DNA of 63,985 bases, counting the filler, from Trichomonas gallinae (taxonomy: Eukaryota), in assembly GCA_008369845.1 (NCBI GenBank). It is 6 parts of 6 records of this genome, joined end to end, with 100 filler letters (N's around TTAATTAATTAA, not from the genome) between each part and the next. Parts side by side here need not be neighbours in the genome. Positions count along the whole stretch, not along the records: positions 24,640 to 37,001 come from MRSU01000665.1; positions 37,102 to 54,693 come from MRSU01000678.1; 4 more parts are not named here. One strand, 5' to 3'. Under the pieces are notes generated by a model. The model did no database searches. It saw only the letters and a list, made by a program, of their open reading frames with translations, and was not told the origin of the DNA. Below are positions 32,779 to 43,423 of this stretch, one piece after another; position 1 is the first letter of the stretch; each line of letters starts with the position of its first letter. The translations under genes were made by a program, and so were the position numbers.

Positions 32779-33966
32779 TTAAGCGGATTCTACAGATTGC
32801 ATCATGCTGAGGCACTTTGAGTTAGGATCTTCAATGTAAACGATTTCATTGTCATGTTCTAGTTCTTTTTCTGTTCGATATCCGCCAGAAAATGTGAAAC
32901 ACAAGCATAATCCACCGTTTTGAATCATTAGTGCGAGAGAAAGTCCGAATAACATATTGTGACCAATTTCTTGAGGAGCCGAAATCAAGCAAACTAATAA
33001 TGCCGATAGCCATATCAGTGTGGACTTAATAGCAAGTTTAATCTTGAGCCTGGTTGTTTCATCTGAGGTCTCATTTCTTAATGAGAATAAGTTTGCCAAG
33101 TTGGATAAGAATGCATAGAGAATAAAGATCAAAACTGTGACAGCAAACAGACCGACAAAGATGCTGACGATCATTTCCGTTCCATAATCAAGTATAAAGA
33201 TGCAAACTCCAAGGAAGATAGCAGATCCGATTTGCAAGATGAACGGTAATGTATGAATATATGTTGAAATAATAGAGAATCCTGTGACAGCCATGTATCC
33301 GGTAATAAGTGTAAGAGTTATTGTCAAGGATACGAAGAACGATGTGATGAATCTATGTTTCCTTGATAATTGGTTGAATTCTGGGAGTGAATTATAGTAC
33401 ACATAAAGAAGTGCGTACATAATTGATGCAGAAATAGATGTTGCTGTGTTGATTAAATGAATCGCGATCAAAAATTGTGGATGGAAGCACCAATTGAGAA
33501 CACCAATAACAGATAAGATAATGAATATAAATGCAAAGATCTTGGATATCAATGAAGCCTGCAAATAACGATAGTCAAGATGAATTATCGGATTATCTGC
33601 CTTATAAGTTACAGAATATTGAGGAACTTCTTGCTGGCAAACCATTATAACTGGTTGGTAGATACCAGTTTTGCTGATTTCGCCGGTCCAGTTATAAACA
33701 GCAAGGTCATCCGAAATATTTGAAACTGAAATTGTGCCAGATTGTGTCTTATTATCACAGAAATCCAGTGCTTTTGTCTTTGCAGCATTGAATCCTTCAC
33801 GGGAAAGCATCAATAGGCTAAAGTTTGTGTTTGATTTAGTGTAAATGAAGAGTGAGTATTTGCCTCCAGCAACAAATCCATACTGGGTGAATGTCAGCAA
33901 TCGATCGCTTGACACAGTCTTTAACTCAATGGACTGGGAAAGCAGAGATAGGAGGAAGAAGAGCAT
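32779..33966 (-). CDS. GPR107/GPR108-like (lung seven-TM/GOST) membrane protein
   Basis: Signal peptide, luminal domain with YGFVAGGKY and NP..HLDYR, then about seven hydrophobic segments. Confidence 0.7.
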   Translation of the reverse strand: MLFFLLSLLSQSIELKTVSSDRLLTFTQYGFVAGGKYSLFIYTKSNTNFSLLMLSREGFNAAKTKALDFCDNKTQSGTISVSNISDDLAVYNWTGEISKTGIYQPVIMVCQQEVPQYSVTYKADNPIIHLDYRYLQASLISKIFAFIFIILSVIGVLNWCFHPQFLIAIHLINTATSISASIMYALLYVYYNSLPEFNQLSRKHRFITSFFVSLTITLTLITGYMAVTGFSIISTYIHTLPFILQIGSAIFLGVCIFILDYGTEMIVSIFVGLFAVTVLIFILYAFLSNLANLFSLRNETSDETTRLKIKLAIKSTLIWLSALLVCLISAPQEIGHNMLFGLSLALMIQNGGLCLCFTFSGGYRTEKELEHDNEIVYIEDPNSKCLSMMQSVESA

Positions 33967-36331
33967 TAAATTTATGATTGCCCAAAATTGAAAACTCTCT
34001 CAATTGTATTTTGAAAAATCACAAATTTGAATAAATCAAATCTAAATTGTTCGATTTTATGATTTGTAGTTAAATTATTTTGGCATTTAGCCTATGATTC
34101 AAGGAGAAAAATTGAGATATCAGTTTCAATAGTCTACAAATCTTATAACAATCCTGCATAAAAATATCTACTATTTTAAATTATTGGATTTTATGATTTT
34201 TGTAAACTATTGAAATTTGATTTAACATCACGTTTAACAACTTTCAATTTTTAATTATTGTCACCGTGTAAAATATGCTTTATATCAGTAGATTAGCATA
34301 ATATAATCAAACTGAAAACTCCTTTCAAAAAATTTATGTGATTCGATCAGATTCCATTTTCCTAAAATTATTGATTTGTGTAAGTTTTTATTGATGTTTC
34401 TATCAATAATTTAAATAATTTGGATTTCGAATGATATATCATATTTCTATATCAAATATTAATATTATTTATTGTCAGAATTAATTTTCGGTAAGAAGAT
34501 GTCGGAATTTTGGAAAATTTTATCAAAATTAAATACTATACATTATTTCCTAATTGTCGATTTTTAAATTTTTTGAAAATGGCAACAAATTCACATTCGG
34601 ACAAATTAATTGTAAAAATGACTTCTATATATAATTTAGAAATGAAATCATCAAAAAACTGATTGACCAAACGGAAAATTCTCTCAAAACTAAACTATTT
34701 TCATTGACTTCAGAAAAATATGAACATTTTGTTCGTCTAGATTTTAGTTATTATTGACACTATTAGTTTGGTTATACGGCTTTATTGTAAGATAAACATT
34801 GCATTATCAGTAGTGATAATGCCAAAAAATATACTTGCAATAAAAATACGTTATTTTGTAACTGAAAAATATTGTCACGGGAGTATTGTATTTCGTTTAT
34901 CTCCAACATGGTATGTTAAACATCATCAATACTTCTGGTATTCAAAGAGTTGTACATACTCAATAATATTATCTAAACGTGAACGCATATTTATGAAGTT
35001 ATTAGCAAAAATTATTGCATTTAAACATTATCACGTATTTCATACCTGCAAGCCAAATATTGTAGTTATACACCATAAGTAGTCGATTTAATATCAAGAA
35101 ATGGTTAAACAGTATCATGTCTAGCAATAATGCATCTACATAGTTTAAATTTTAACATATATTCGAACTAAGAAGTTCTGCATGGGATTTTTGGCGAAAC
35201 AGTCAAATTAATTCTAGTTTTGGAAGATTCTTTCAGCAAACGTTGTCAAAAAATCTTTTTCATTATATTTTTCGATGAAAAGCATATATACATCACAAAT
35301 CTGGTGCATATATTCAAGAGTTTTACAAGAATGACTCAGTTCAGATGATTTCGAAAAATAATTTCACATTACCTAAATATTTTACATTGAATTCCTCTGA
35401 TTTAACATTTACAATGCAGTACCCCTTAAAACCGTAAAGAAACAGACTCAAAACGCCTTCAAATCATAATTCAAAAATTATCGAAGATGATAAAAATCTC
35501 TCTAAGAGTTAGCACATGCTTTTTTAGCATCTTATAAGTCCAAGATCGAACAAATACGTATAAAAAATACATTTTTCAAATACTGTATTATAAAAATTTT
35601 GAATCTACTAAACAATGTTTTGATATATTGATTTTTAAACTAAAATTATGATGATTTTATTATTCGATTTTCCTTTTTCGGCTTTCAATTTTCAAGAAAA
35701 ATTAGTTTTTCAAAAAATGACATATATTGTATACAAGTCCTTCTCGACAAGTCTTATCAATATTTCGCTTGTCGTTATAGATATTCACATATGAAGGTTG
35801 TTACATGATGCTTCATCATTTTTCAACCTAAAAATTAATACTTACTATTTGCTATTACCAACTTTTTCAAATTCACGCAAAAAAGGTCATTATATCAGCA
35901 AAATTGTATAAAAATATCTTGATCAAATAGATAGCATAGACTTTTAAAGATATATTTCTTTATCAAAAGTATAAAATTTATTCATTTTGATTAGCTTGCA
36001 CCTTCATTTTGAAGTTATAGACATGCAAACCTACACCATCTTTCATGTATTACTATAGTAACTAAAGATACGTCGAATAAATGACTATTTTCCATTTGCA
36101 GATCTTACAACAATTTATGAATGATTGGAAACTCATCATTTATTTAGTAAAGGTATTTACCAACTCTTAGATCAAGCATATTGCATAAATAGTAATAGCG
36201 TATTTGCTGAAATTTTCTTTTCAGATTTTAATGATATACGTAAACAGTTGCTTTTTAAAGCTTAATTACTAATTTTTAAGCACAAGGATAGTTTCTGCAT
36301 CGCACAAATGAAAAAATAGGCAAAAATCTTA

Positions 36332-36758
36332 GTGTTTTGCGTGTCAAATAGCCAAAAAATAAAGTGTCAGGTTGTCAAATTTTTCAAAAGTGACAGATGG
36401 AAAGGTTAATTGTAAAGTTTGAAAATGTCAAAAATATTTATTGGGAGAATCCATTGAATATTAGAATCTGCATTCATGTGAACTACAGATGACACTGTGC
36501 CACCCGATGTAGCTGGGACACAAAGGGTGGCACAGAATTGTTTACTATTCACAATGAGTAATTATCAACATCAACTTTTAACATTTAATATTAAATGCGC
36601 ACCCCTGCAATAACACTTTTGACATCTTATTCTTTATGTGTCAATTTCAAAATTTACAAGACATTTCATTTTTTTATTATCGTTTTCTTGACTATTTTTC
36701 ATTGTTCAAATTTGACAATCTGACACTTTAATTTTTGGCTATTTGACACGCAAAACAT
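36332..36758. mobile_element. MITE with ~52-bp terminal inverted repeats, TA-flanked
   Basis: GTGTTTTGCGTGTCAAATAGCCAAAAAATAAAGTGTCAGGTTGTCAAATTT (36332-36383) is the near-perfect reverse complement of 36708-36758; TA on both sides; no internal ORF. Confidence 0.85.
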
Positions 36759-37001
36759 TAGTAAACTAAATATTATACTTATATACACAAACCAAGGATA
36801 TTCGCCAAAAAAAATTTTGAATCATTTAAGGTATTGTTTATTCAGGATACATATATACATATGCAGAGCATTTAAATTACACAAATACAACACAAAAATA
36901 ATTTTGACTTTTAATTTGAACTACAGGCACAAGATTTTTCACAGGAGCATTCAATTAATCTCAGGACACGTAAACCATTCAAATATGACAAAATGGATAG
37001 C

Positions 37002-37101
37002 NNNNNNNNNNNNNNNNNNNNNNNNNNNNNNNNNNNNNNNNNNNNTTAATTAATTAANNNNNNNNNNNNNNNNNNNNNNNNNNNNNNNNNNNNNNNNNNN
37101 N
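37002..37101. other. Artificial contig linker
   Basis: N44-TTAATTAATTAA-N44. Confidence 0.98.
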
Positions 37102-37171
37102 CGGTCACCGGGAATCGAACCCGGATCAAAAGAACGACAATCTTACATGATAACCATTACACTATGACCGA
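37102..37171 (-). tRNA. tRNA-Asp: tRNA-Asp(GTC), last ~2 nt lost in the gap
   Basis: Reverse complement folds as TCGGTCA/TGACCG acceptor, AAGA-TTGTCGT-TCTT anticodon arm, CCGGG-TTCGATT-CCCGG T arm. Confidence 0.95.
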
Positions 37172-37466
37172 TTTACATTAATTTTTCCATCTGTCATATT
37201 TAATGAATCATTGACCTTATTTTAATTGAACCGGATCCACCTAAAAATAGTAATATGAGGATTCTTATTAACTATTTTAACATCGAATAATAGAGTTCAT
37301 ATCGCGTTTTCTTAACAAAATAATTTCCACGCTCTTAAAATGAACGCGAATCATGAGGTTTTATTGAACATTCTATTAGAGTAAAATGTTGTGAGTGTAG
37401 ATCCTTTAATATATTTGCGAATATATAAGTCAATATTGAAATGAGTTTATAACACTAAATAAAAAA

Positions 37467-38261
37467 TTAGAATCCGTAGATATTTCTGGCGTTTTCGCGA
37501 AGTGTTGTGGCTGCAACTTCTTCAGATACATTATGAAGCTGAGCCATCTTCTTGATAATCTGAGGAATATAACCCGGCATTGAAGCTTTGCCTCTAAATG
37601 GCTCTGGGGCCATGTATGGACCATCTGTTTCAGAGAGCATTCTATCTAATGGGACTTTAGAGCATACATCTTGAACATCTTTTGATTTCTTGAAAGTCAG
37701 GCATCCAGTGAATCCAAAATAAGCGTTCGGGAATTCCTTCAGGACTTTCTCTGCCCAAGCCCATGAATCTGTGTAGCAATGAATATGGAATTTTTGGTCC
37801 TTAGGTAAGCATCTTTTAATGATGTCCCATGTGTCATCTTCTGCTTCACGAGTGTGGATAGTAATCGGAAGCTGTCTCTCTACCGCTAACTGACATTGAC
37901 GTTCAAAAACTCGCTTTTGGACATCGACTGGGCTTAATGTGTAATGGTAATCAAGTCCAATCTCGCCTAGAGCTCTAATTTGTGGGTGCTTGAGGAGTTC
38001 AATCAATTTAGCTTCATATTCATCACAGTAATTGGACGCGCCATGTGGATGCTGGCCTAGAGCACCGAAAATCTTTGGGTGATTTTGGCCCACAAACGCC
38101 ATTGTCTTGTCAAAACTTTCAGAATATGCGCACAAGCAGCCATCGAAGCCTTTCGGCCATGAAAAAATCCACTCATCGAACGAATCGTTAAAATCCTTGC
38201 CTAATTTCTCCCAGATGCTGTCCAAATGACAGTGGCAATCGACATACTTGTATTCGGCCAT
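37467..38261 (-). CDS. tatD: TatD-family deoxyribonuclease
   Basis: DCHCHLD, GQHPH, GEIGLDY, IHTREA, HCY, ETDGPY motifs. Confidence 0.96.
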   Translation of the reverse strand: MAEYKYVDCHCHLDSIWEKLGKDFNDSFDEWIFSWPKGFDGCLCAYSESFDKTMAFVGQNHPKIFGALGQHPHGASNYCDEYEAKLIELLKHPQIRALGEIGLDYHYTLSPVDVQKRVFERQCQLAVERQLPITIHTREAEDDTWDIIKRCLPKDQKFHIHCYTDSWAWAEKVLKEFPNAYFGFTGCLTFKKSKDVQDVCSKVPLDRMLSETDGPYMAPEPFRGKASMPGYIPQIIKKMAQLHNVSEEVAATTLRENARNIYGF

Positions 38262-38778
38262 ATTTTTATACCCAAGTTATAGTTTACAATGACGATAACT
38301 CTATTTTCAATGGGAAGCTGAAAGGTTGTTAACCAATACAGTGTCACTATCTAATTCCTCCATTCCAAAATAAAAAAATTTTATTCCCGAAAATAAAAAT
38401 TGCATAATCTGATTATCATATGATCCGAGATATATAGTTCTTAAAATTATATTGTTTAGCATTCAATTGGAACCCGAATTAATATCATGCTATGAATCAC
38501 AAAGTGCTTACGGAAAAGAAGAAAACAAAATCACGTACAGAGAATTTTTCAAAGCGCACTCAAAATCAAACCAACGTTCAAAAAAAATTATATTGTATTG
38601 AAAAAATAGCTTATGGTAATTACTAATGCCTATAACTGTACGGATTAAATATAGAAATATAGAAATTTAAGATGGTTATCAAATGTAATTTGATACAAAA
38701 AGTGACAATTAATTCTATAACAATTTTTGAAACCCCTCAGAAATCCAGAATTATTCATTTTTTTGTATTCATATTGTA

Positions 38779-39549
38779 ATGAACAATCAAGTCAGCATGT
38801 ATGATCAGTTGTTGGATGCCGTCCCATTCGACCTCCAGGTAAAGGTTAAAGAGATATACCTCAATATGTTGACCAAACAGATTTCTGTTGACGAAGCGAA
38901 GAAGCAGTCAATAGATTTAGTTGGTACCTTTGAGCCTATAGAACGCCTCTTGGTATGCCTAGATGTTCCAATGGAACCAATTCCTTCCTATGAAAAAGAT
39001 TCCGACATGGCGCAAAAGAAGGTTAAAAACTGGACTTCCTATGAAGATCAGAGACTTATAGCTGGAATGATGAAGTACGGTATAAGCGATTGGACAAAAA
39101 TCGGCCAGTTTATTGGTAACGGAAGGTGCAGGCTCCAATGTCTCCAGAGGTGGCAGCGCTCCTTAAATCCTATGATCAATAAGAACCAATGGACACCAGA
39201 AGAGGACATCGCCTTAATCCAAACCGTCCAAAAATACGGTGTAAAGAAATGGACTAAGGTTTCTTCATGCTTAGTCGGAAGAACAGATGTACAGTGCAGA
39301 TACCGTTACCAGCTCATCAAGAAGAACTATCCGAATAATATGGTTCCAGAAACCAAGAATTTCATTCCAGAACAAATTGAATCACAAAAACAAGAAGAAA
39401 AAACAGCAGAAAAGCCTCAGCAATCACAAGATGCCGTCAAGAAGATGGTTAACGAAGACTACTTCACTGAGTTTTCGAACACAACGATACTTGTTGATCT
39501 GTTGGCGAATATTTCAACTGATCCTTCCTCTTTGTTTGATATATTATAA
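38779..39549 (+). CDS. R2R3-type Myb-like DNA-binding protein
   Basis: WTSYEDQRL...W..I...R...QCLQRW and WTPEEDIAL...GVKKWTKVS...GRTDVQCRYRY; Inr TCATTT at 38755. Confidence 0.95.
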   Translation: MNNQVSMYDQLLDAVPFDLQVKVKEIYLNMLTKQISVDEAKKQSIDLVGTFEPIERLLVCLDVPMEPIPSYEKDSDMAQKKVKNWTSYEDQRLIAGMMKYGISDWTKIGQFIGNGRCRLQCLQRWQRSLNPMINKNQWTPEEDIALIQTVQKYGVKKWTKVSSCLVGRTDVQCRYRYQLIKKNYPNNMVPETKNFIPEQIESQKQEEKTAEKPQQSQDAVKKMVNEDYFTEFSNTTILVDLLANISTDPSSLFDIL

Positions 39550-41106
39550 AACAAGATTTGTGGAATATTGATATTTTTTTTGTCAGTAGATTACCATTTG
39601 AATGAAGACTTTTTCTTTGGGCCACTCTCAATTTTTTCTTCAAAAAACTGTATTAATCTTTTCTCAAAACTACTTTTGAAAAAAAATAAAACGAGATAAG
39701 TGGATTCTGCTATTGTATGTTAATTCCTCTTCTGATATCACTAAAGAAGATGTTAATCATATTAAGATAACTCGTTTTTGACAATGGAAATCTTTGGCAA
39801 ATATGGATGAACTCGACAAATTTTGTTAATATTGGGTTCATATGAACCGGAAGGTAGAATTTTTCCGTAATACAGGTTCTAAAATTGAATAAAAAAATTA
39901 TGATAAAAAAATGTTTTTAAAATGTAATATAATATATTGTTTATAGTAAATAATGATTTGGTAAAGCTAGTGAGCCAAGGATGTCGAAATTTTGAGGAAA
40001 TATTTTAGACTGAATAATCCGATGGGATCGCATGGGCGTAACATCTTATTCATGTATTGCGATGTATTTAGTAAATAAACGATGAATTTAGTTAGGATTT
40101 TGATTAATTAAAAATCATATCTATATCAAATTTTGATGATTTCGATATCAAAGATGATGTAATAGCCTAATTATCACTTGTTCAGATAAATAAGGAATAA
40201 TTTCTAGATTTAGCTAATATTACTAAAATTGTGATTAATATTTTTAACCCGCCATCTCAAATTTTTGAGTCACATTGAAATATCAAGCCTGACTTCTCAA
40301 AAATTGAATTCTTTGGCCCTATATTTTCATAATCTTTTTTTCAAGGCTTAAATCATAAGTCTTATTTTGTCTGACACTTGACTAAATTCTCTTGTTTTTC
40401 TATTTCATTGAGTAGAAGTAAACAACGTTCAAAATAATTTTAGCAAATTATTAATGTAAAAATATTAAACTATAGACAGTACTTATCTTGTTGCGTCTTT
40501 TTGCTAATTCTGATATTATATTTTATGGAATCAGTTATTTTTTATATTATCTACTGAACAAAGGTTATAATAATCATTCCTAGTATTATAATTTACAAAA
40601 TTGGTCATACTTCGGATGATAAGAATTCTTCCTTTCAAAATAACATTGAAAGGAATTTGTGTTTGATATTGCTAGCATTATTCATTGATTATATGAACTG
40701 TTACTGTCTAAGGATTCGAGTTTATCTTGGAAAATACTCGATTTGCAAATTCGAAATACAATTAATTTGCTTGTTAAGGCTTTATAACAATTAATTTGCG
40801 CTGGTGAAGTTGTATCCAATTGATTTACTTGGGATAACTCGAGATTAATGAATATAATTATTACTCCTAAATTAATTAAAGGAGGATTCTCCGAAAAAGA
40901 GGCGCAAATGTTCATATAAGTGAGAATACTATGTACCTGGATCCATGAAATGGAAAATTAACATGTTGAAATTTATTACAAATTAAATATTATAATGAAA
41001 AAAAAATAAATATTGGTAGAATTAACTGCAGCATCACGACTGTGTTGTATGGCTTCAATATGGTTTAAGGAATTGTCGGATTTAATTTCGAATTTCATAT
41101 TATAAT

Positions 41107-41751
41107 TTAACTTTTCGAAATGTGACCAATGATGCTCACATCTTCGTCATCATCATGAAATGAAGTAAAATCATCAATTTCATTTGAATCATCGATTGAT
41201 CCGCCAAGTAATTCTAATCTGTTTATGGCGATGCAAGGTGGATCACCAGGGCAATTTTCGGTTTGAATTAAACGAACAAATTTAGCAATATATGTTTTTT
41301 CGAGATTATATGTTTTTTTGGAACAATACTCCATTTTCCAGTCTTTCTCCACTGAATGTACGTCTGTCCAAGTTTTGTTATCATCAGAAATTTGTAATTT
41401 CCAAGAATATAAGCAGCATCTAACGCAGTAACCCTGATCTTCGCAGCAGCAGCGAGTACTATAACAACATCCTGCACGTAAGAAATAACCAGAAAAAGAT
41501 ATCATTTTTTGTTTTAATGAAAATGAAATCCAAGGAAGATCTTCATAACTTCTTCCACAATTAGAACACCAATCGTATGTTTTATCGATTGGCATAATAG
41601 CGTATTCCGGTTTCGTTTTTTGATTTGTTCCGTTAATCGTTTGAGAGGATGATCCGCTCGCTTCCACAACTACAATGTTCTTCCCGTGATTCATGGCAAA
41701 GACTCCTTTGTCGTTGAATTTCGTTTCCCCAAAAATACAAAATAAGAACAT
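41107..41751 (-). CDS. Cys-rich F5/8 type C (discoidin)-like domain protein
   Basis: DWCSN, PWISFS, YSWKLQISDDNKTWTDVH, AKFVRLIQ, INRLELLG; ATG at 41751. Confidence 0.8.
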   Translation of the reverse strand: MFLFCIFGETKFNDKGVFAMNHGKNIVVVEASGSSSQTINGTNQKTKPEYAIMPIDKTYDWCSNCGRSYEDLPWISFSLKQKMISFSGYFLRAGCCYSTRCCCEDQGYCVRCCLYSWKLQISDDNKTWTDVHSVEKDWKMEYCSKKTYNLEKTYIAKFVRLIQTENCPGDPPCIAINRLELLGGSIDDSNEIDDFTSFHDDDEDVSIIGHISKS

Positions 41752-41912
41752 TACTGATGTCACTTTTTTAATTTCGAAAAACTTGCAAAACCGAAATTTT
41801 CACCATTTTAGCATCGATCCACATTATAGCCACTGAGGACGAAAAGCCTGGGCCATGAGAATGCTGGGTTAAGATATTAGATTTATAATTTTTATTCAAA
41901 CAAATATTAATA

Positions 41913-43079
41913 TTATTTTGGAACTGAATCTCTTAAGAATGTCTTTTCAGCGAGCATGCCGAAGCATGTGTCTAATAATATTGCAAAAGTTGCGCTGAGA
42001 GTTGTTACATTTGATCCAAGCTCTTTTTCTTTTGGCGTTAATCTGTTATCTGATAGCAGTGCATGGTATGTATTCGCGTAAGTAAGTCCTGACACTGATC
42101 CACACACGAAAATAAGAACAAATTCAGCCCAAATTGGCATCCAGTGATATAATGCCTGAAGAAGCCAAACGAAGAAGTTCGTCATTTGGAAGAACATCAG
42201 ATATCTCAAGTGATGGAACTCAAAGAAAGAAAGTGTTGAACAAAATATTAAATGTCCGCAGTTATAAACTAGCCATAACAATGGGTAAATGTATTTGTGT
42301 GTCTTCTGGTAGTCAGGTGTCTGAGCACAGTCTAAGTAAGTCGTGACGACGGCATCGCAGCTGAAGTATATAATATCGTAGGTTATGAAGTAATATGCAA
42401 CTTTGGATAGGAAAGAAGTCGAGAAGCACTTGACATTTTCTTCGTTTTCGGAAATATTTTCTGTCGCTTTTGAAATTAAAGGTTTTGTGTCTAACTGTGA
42501 AGGTTTCTCTCTTAGTACGAAAAAGTATGAGACAGAGAAGATGAAAGCAAACGGTAAGAAGCACAGGAAAGAATAAGAGTAATTGAAATCCATAGAAATG
42601 AAGACAATTGTTAGTAAAGATCCCAATACTCCTGACAATCCTGTGCCAATTCCGAAGTATTTCATCATTGATGACCTCTTTACATAAGCCATATATCCAA
42701 TAATAACGCTTTCACCAAAATTGCAGGATGATCCTAACAGCAAGACTGATATTAAGCACATCCAGAATTGAGGTGAGAATGCACAACCTAAGTATCCTAC
42801 GAACATCAAAATTGTGTTCGCAATAAAGCGAGTATCGTATGAAACATTATGTTGTGTGAGTGCTGTGTTGATAGATCCAGCGAATAAGCCACTGAAACAC
42901 AGAGCCAAGTCAACAGAAGGCAGCAAGCCATTTTCTTTGTAGCGATCTACAATTCTCTGGGCGCTGGCGAGTGTAATAAAGTACGATATATTGGTTGAAA
43001 GTGCAATGGCGACCATTGTGATCTTCTGGCATAAAGTAGAAGGCCGGTCATCGTCTTCCATTTTTTTGATTTTCGACAT
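41913..43079 (-). CDS. CLN3: CLN3/battenin-family membrane protein
   Basis: Multi-TM; NFGES...GY, FGIGTGLSGVLG, GSVSGLTYANTY, KEKELG motifs. ATG at 43079 after Inr TCACTTTT (alternative ATG at 43061). Confidence 0.85.
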   Translation of the reverse strand: MSKIKKMEDDDRPSTLCQKITMVAIALSTNISYFITLASAQRIVDRYKENGLLPSVDLALCFSGLFAGSINTALTQHNVSYDTRFIANTILMFVGYLGCAFSPQFWMCLISVLLLGSSCNFGESVIIGYMAYVKRSSMMKYFGIGTGLSGVLGSLLTIVFISMDFNYSYSFLCFLPFAFIFSVSYFFVLREKPSQLDTKPLISKATENISENEENVKCFSTSFLSKVAYYFITYDIIYFSCDAVVTTYLDCAQTPDYQKTHKYIYPLLWLVYNCGHLIFCSTLSFFEFHHLRYLMFFQMTNFFVWLLQALYHWMPIWAEFVLIFVCGSVSGLTYANTYHALLSDNRLTPKEKELGSNVTTLSATFAILLDTCFGMLAEKTFLRDSVPK

Positions 43080-43423
43080 AAAAAGTGACACTAAACACTT
43101 CATTTTCGTCATTTTTAGCAATAGCTAAGATATAGGTTTTATCAAATCTGAACAATCATTAAACTTTTTGTCGATTTTTATTTTCTTTTTTTTGCCATTT
43201 TTAATTTTTCCATTTTAAAAGAAGCTTGTTTCGAGAAAATAAATAAAAAGAATAGTACAAAAATAGATGTTATATATGAATTTAAAGATACAATTTTGAT
43301 AATATCTTTTTTTGGATGAAATATCGATTCTATTTTGTTATCAGATTGTTATTGAGAACAAAATACTTTAAAAACCTATTGGAAATTAGATCAAATTTGT
43401 ATCATCAAACAATATATTTTTTA

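Noticed and set aside
24870..35429. 10.5-kb TTAA-flanked element bounded by TTAAGGGGTAC / GTACCCCTTAA
   Set aside because: An 11-bp inverted match is expected by chance in 64 kb, and it would enclose housekeeping genes (GlyRS, Rho/Rac) with no transposase.
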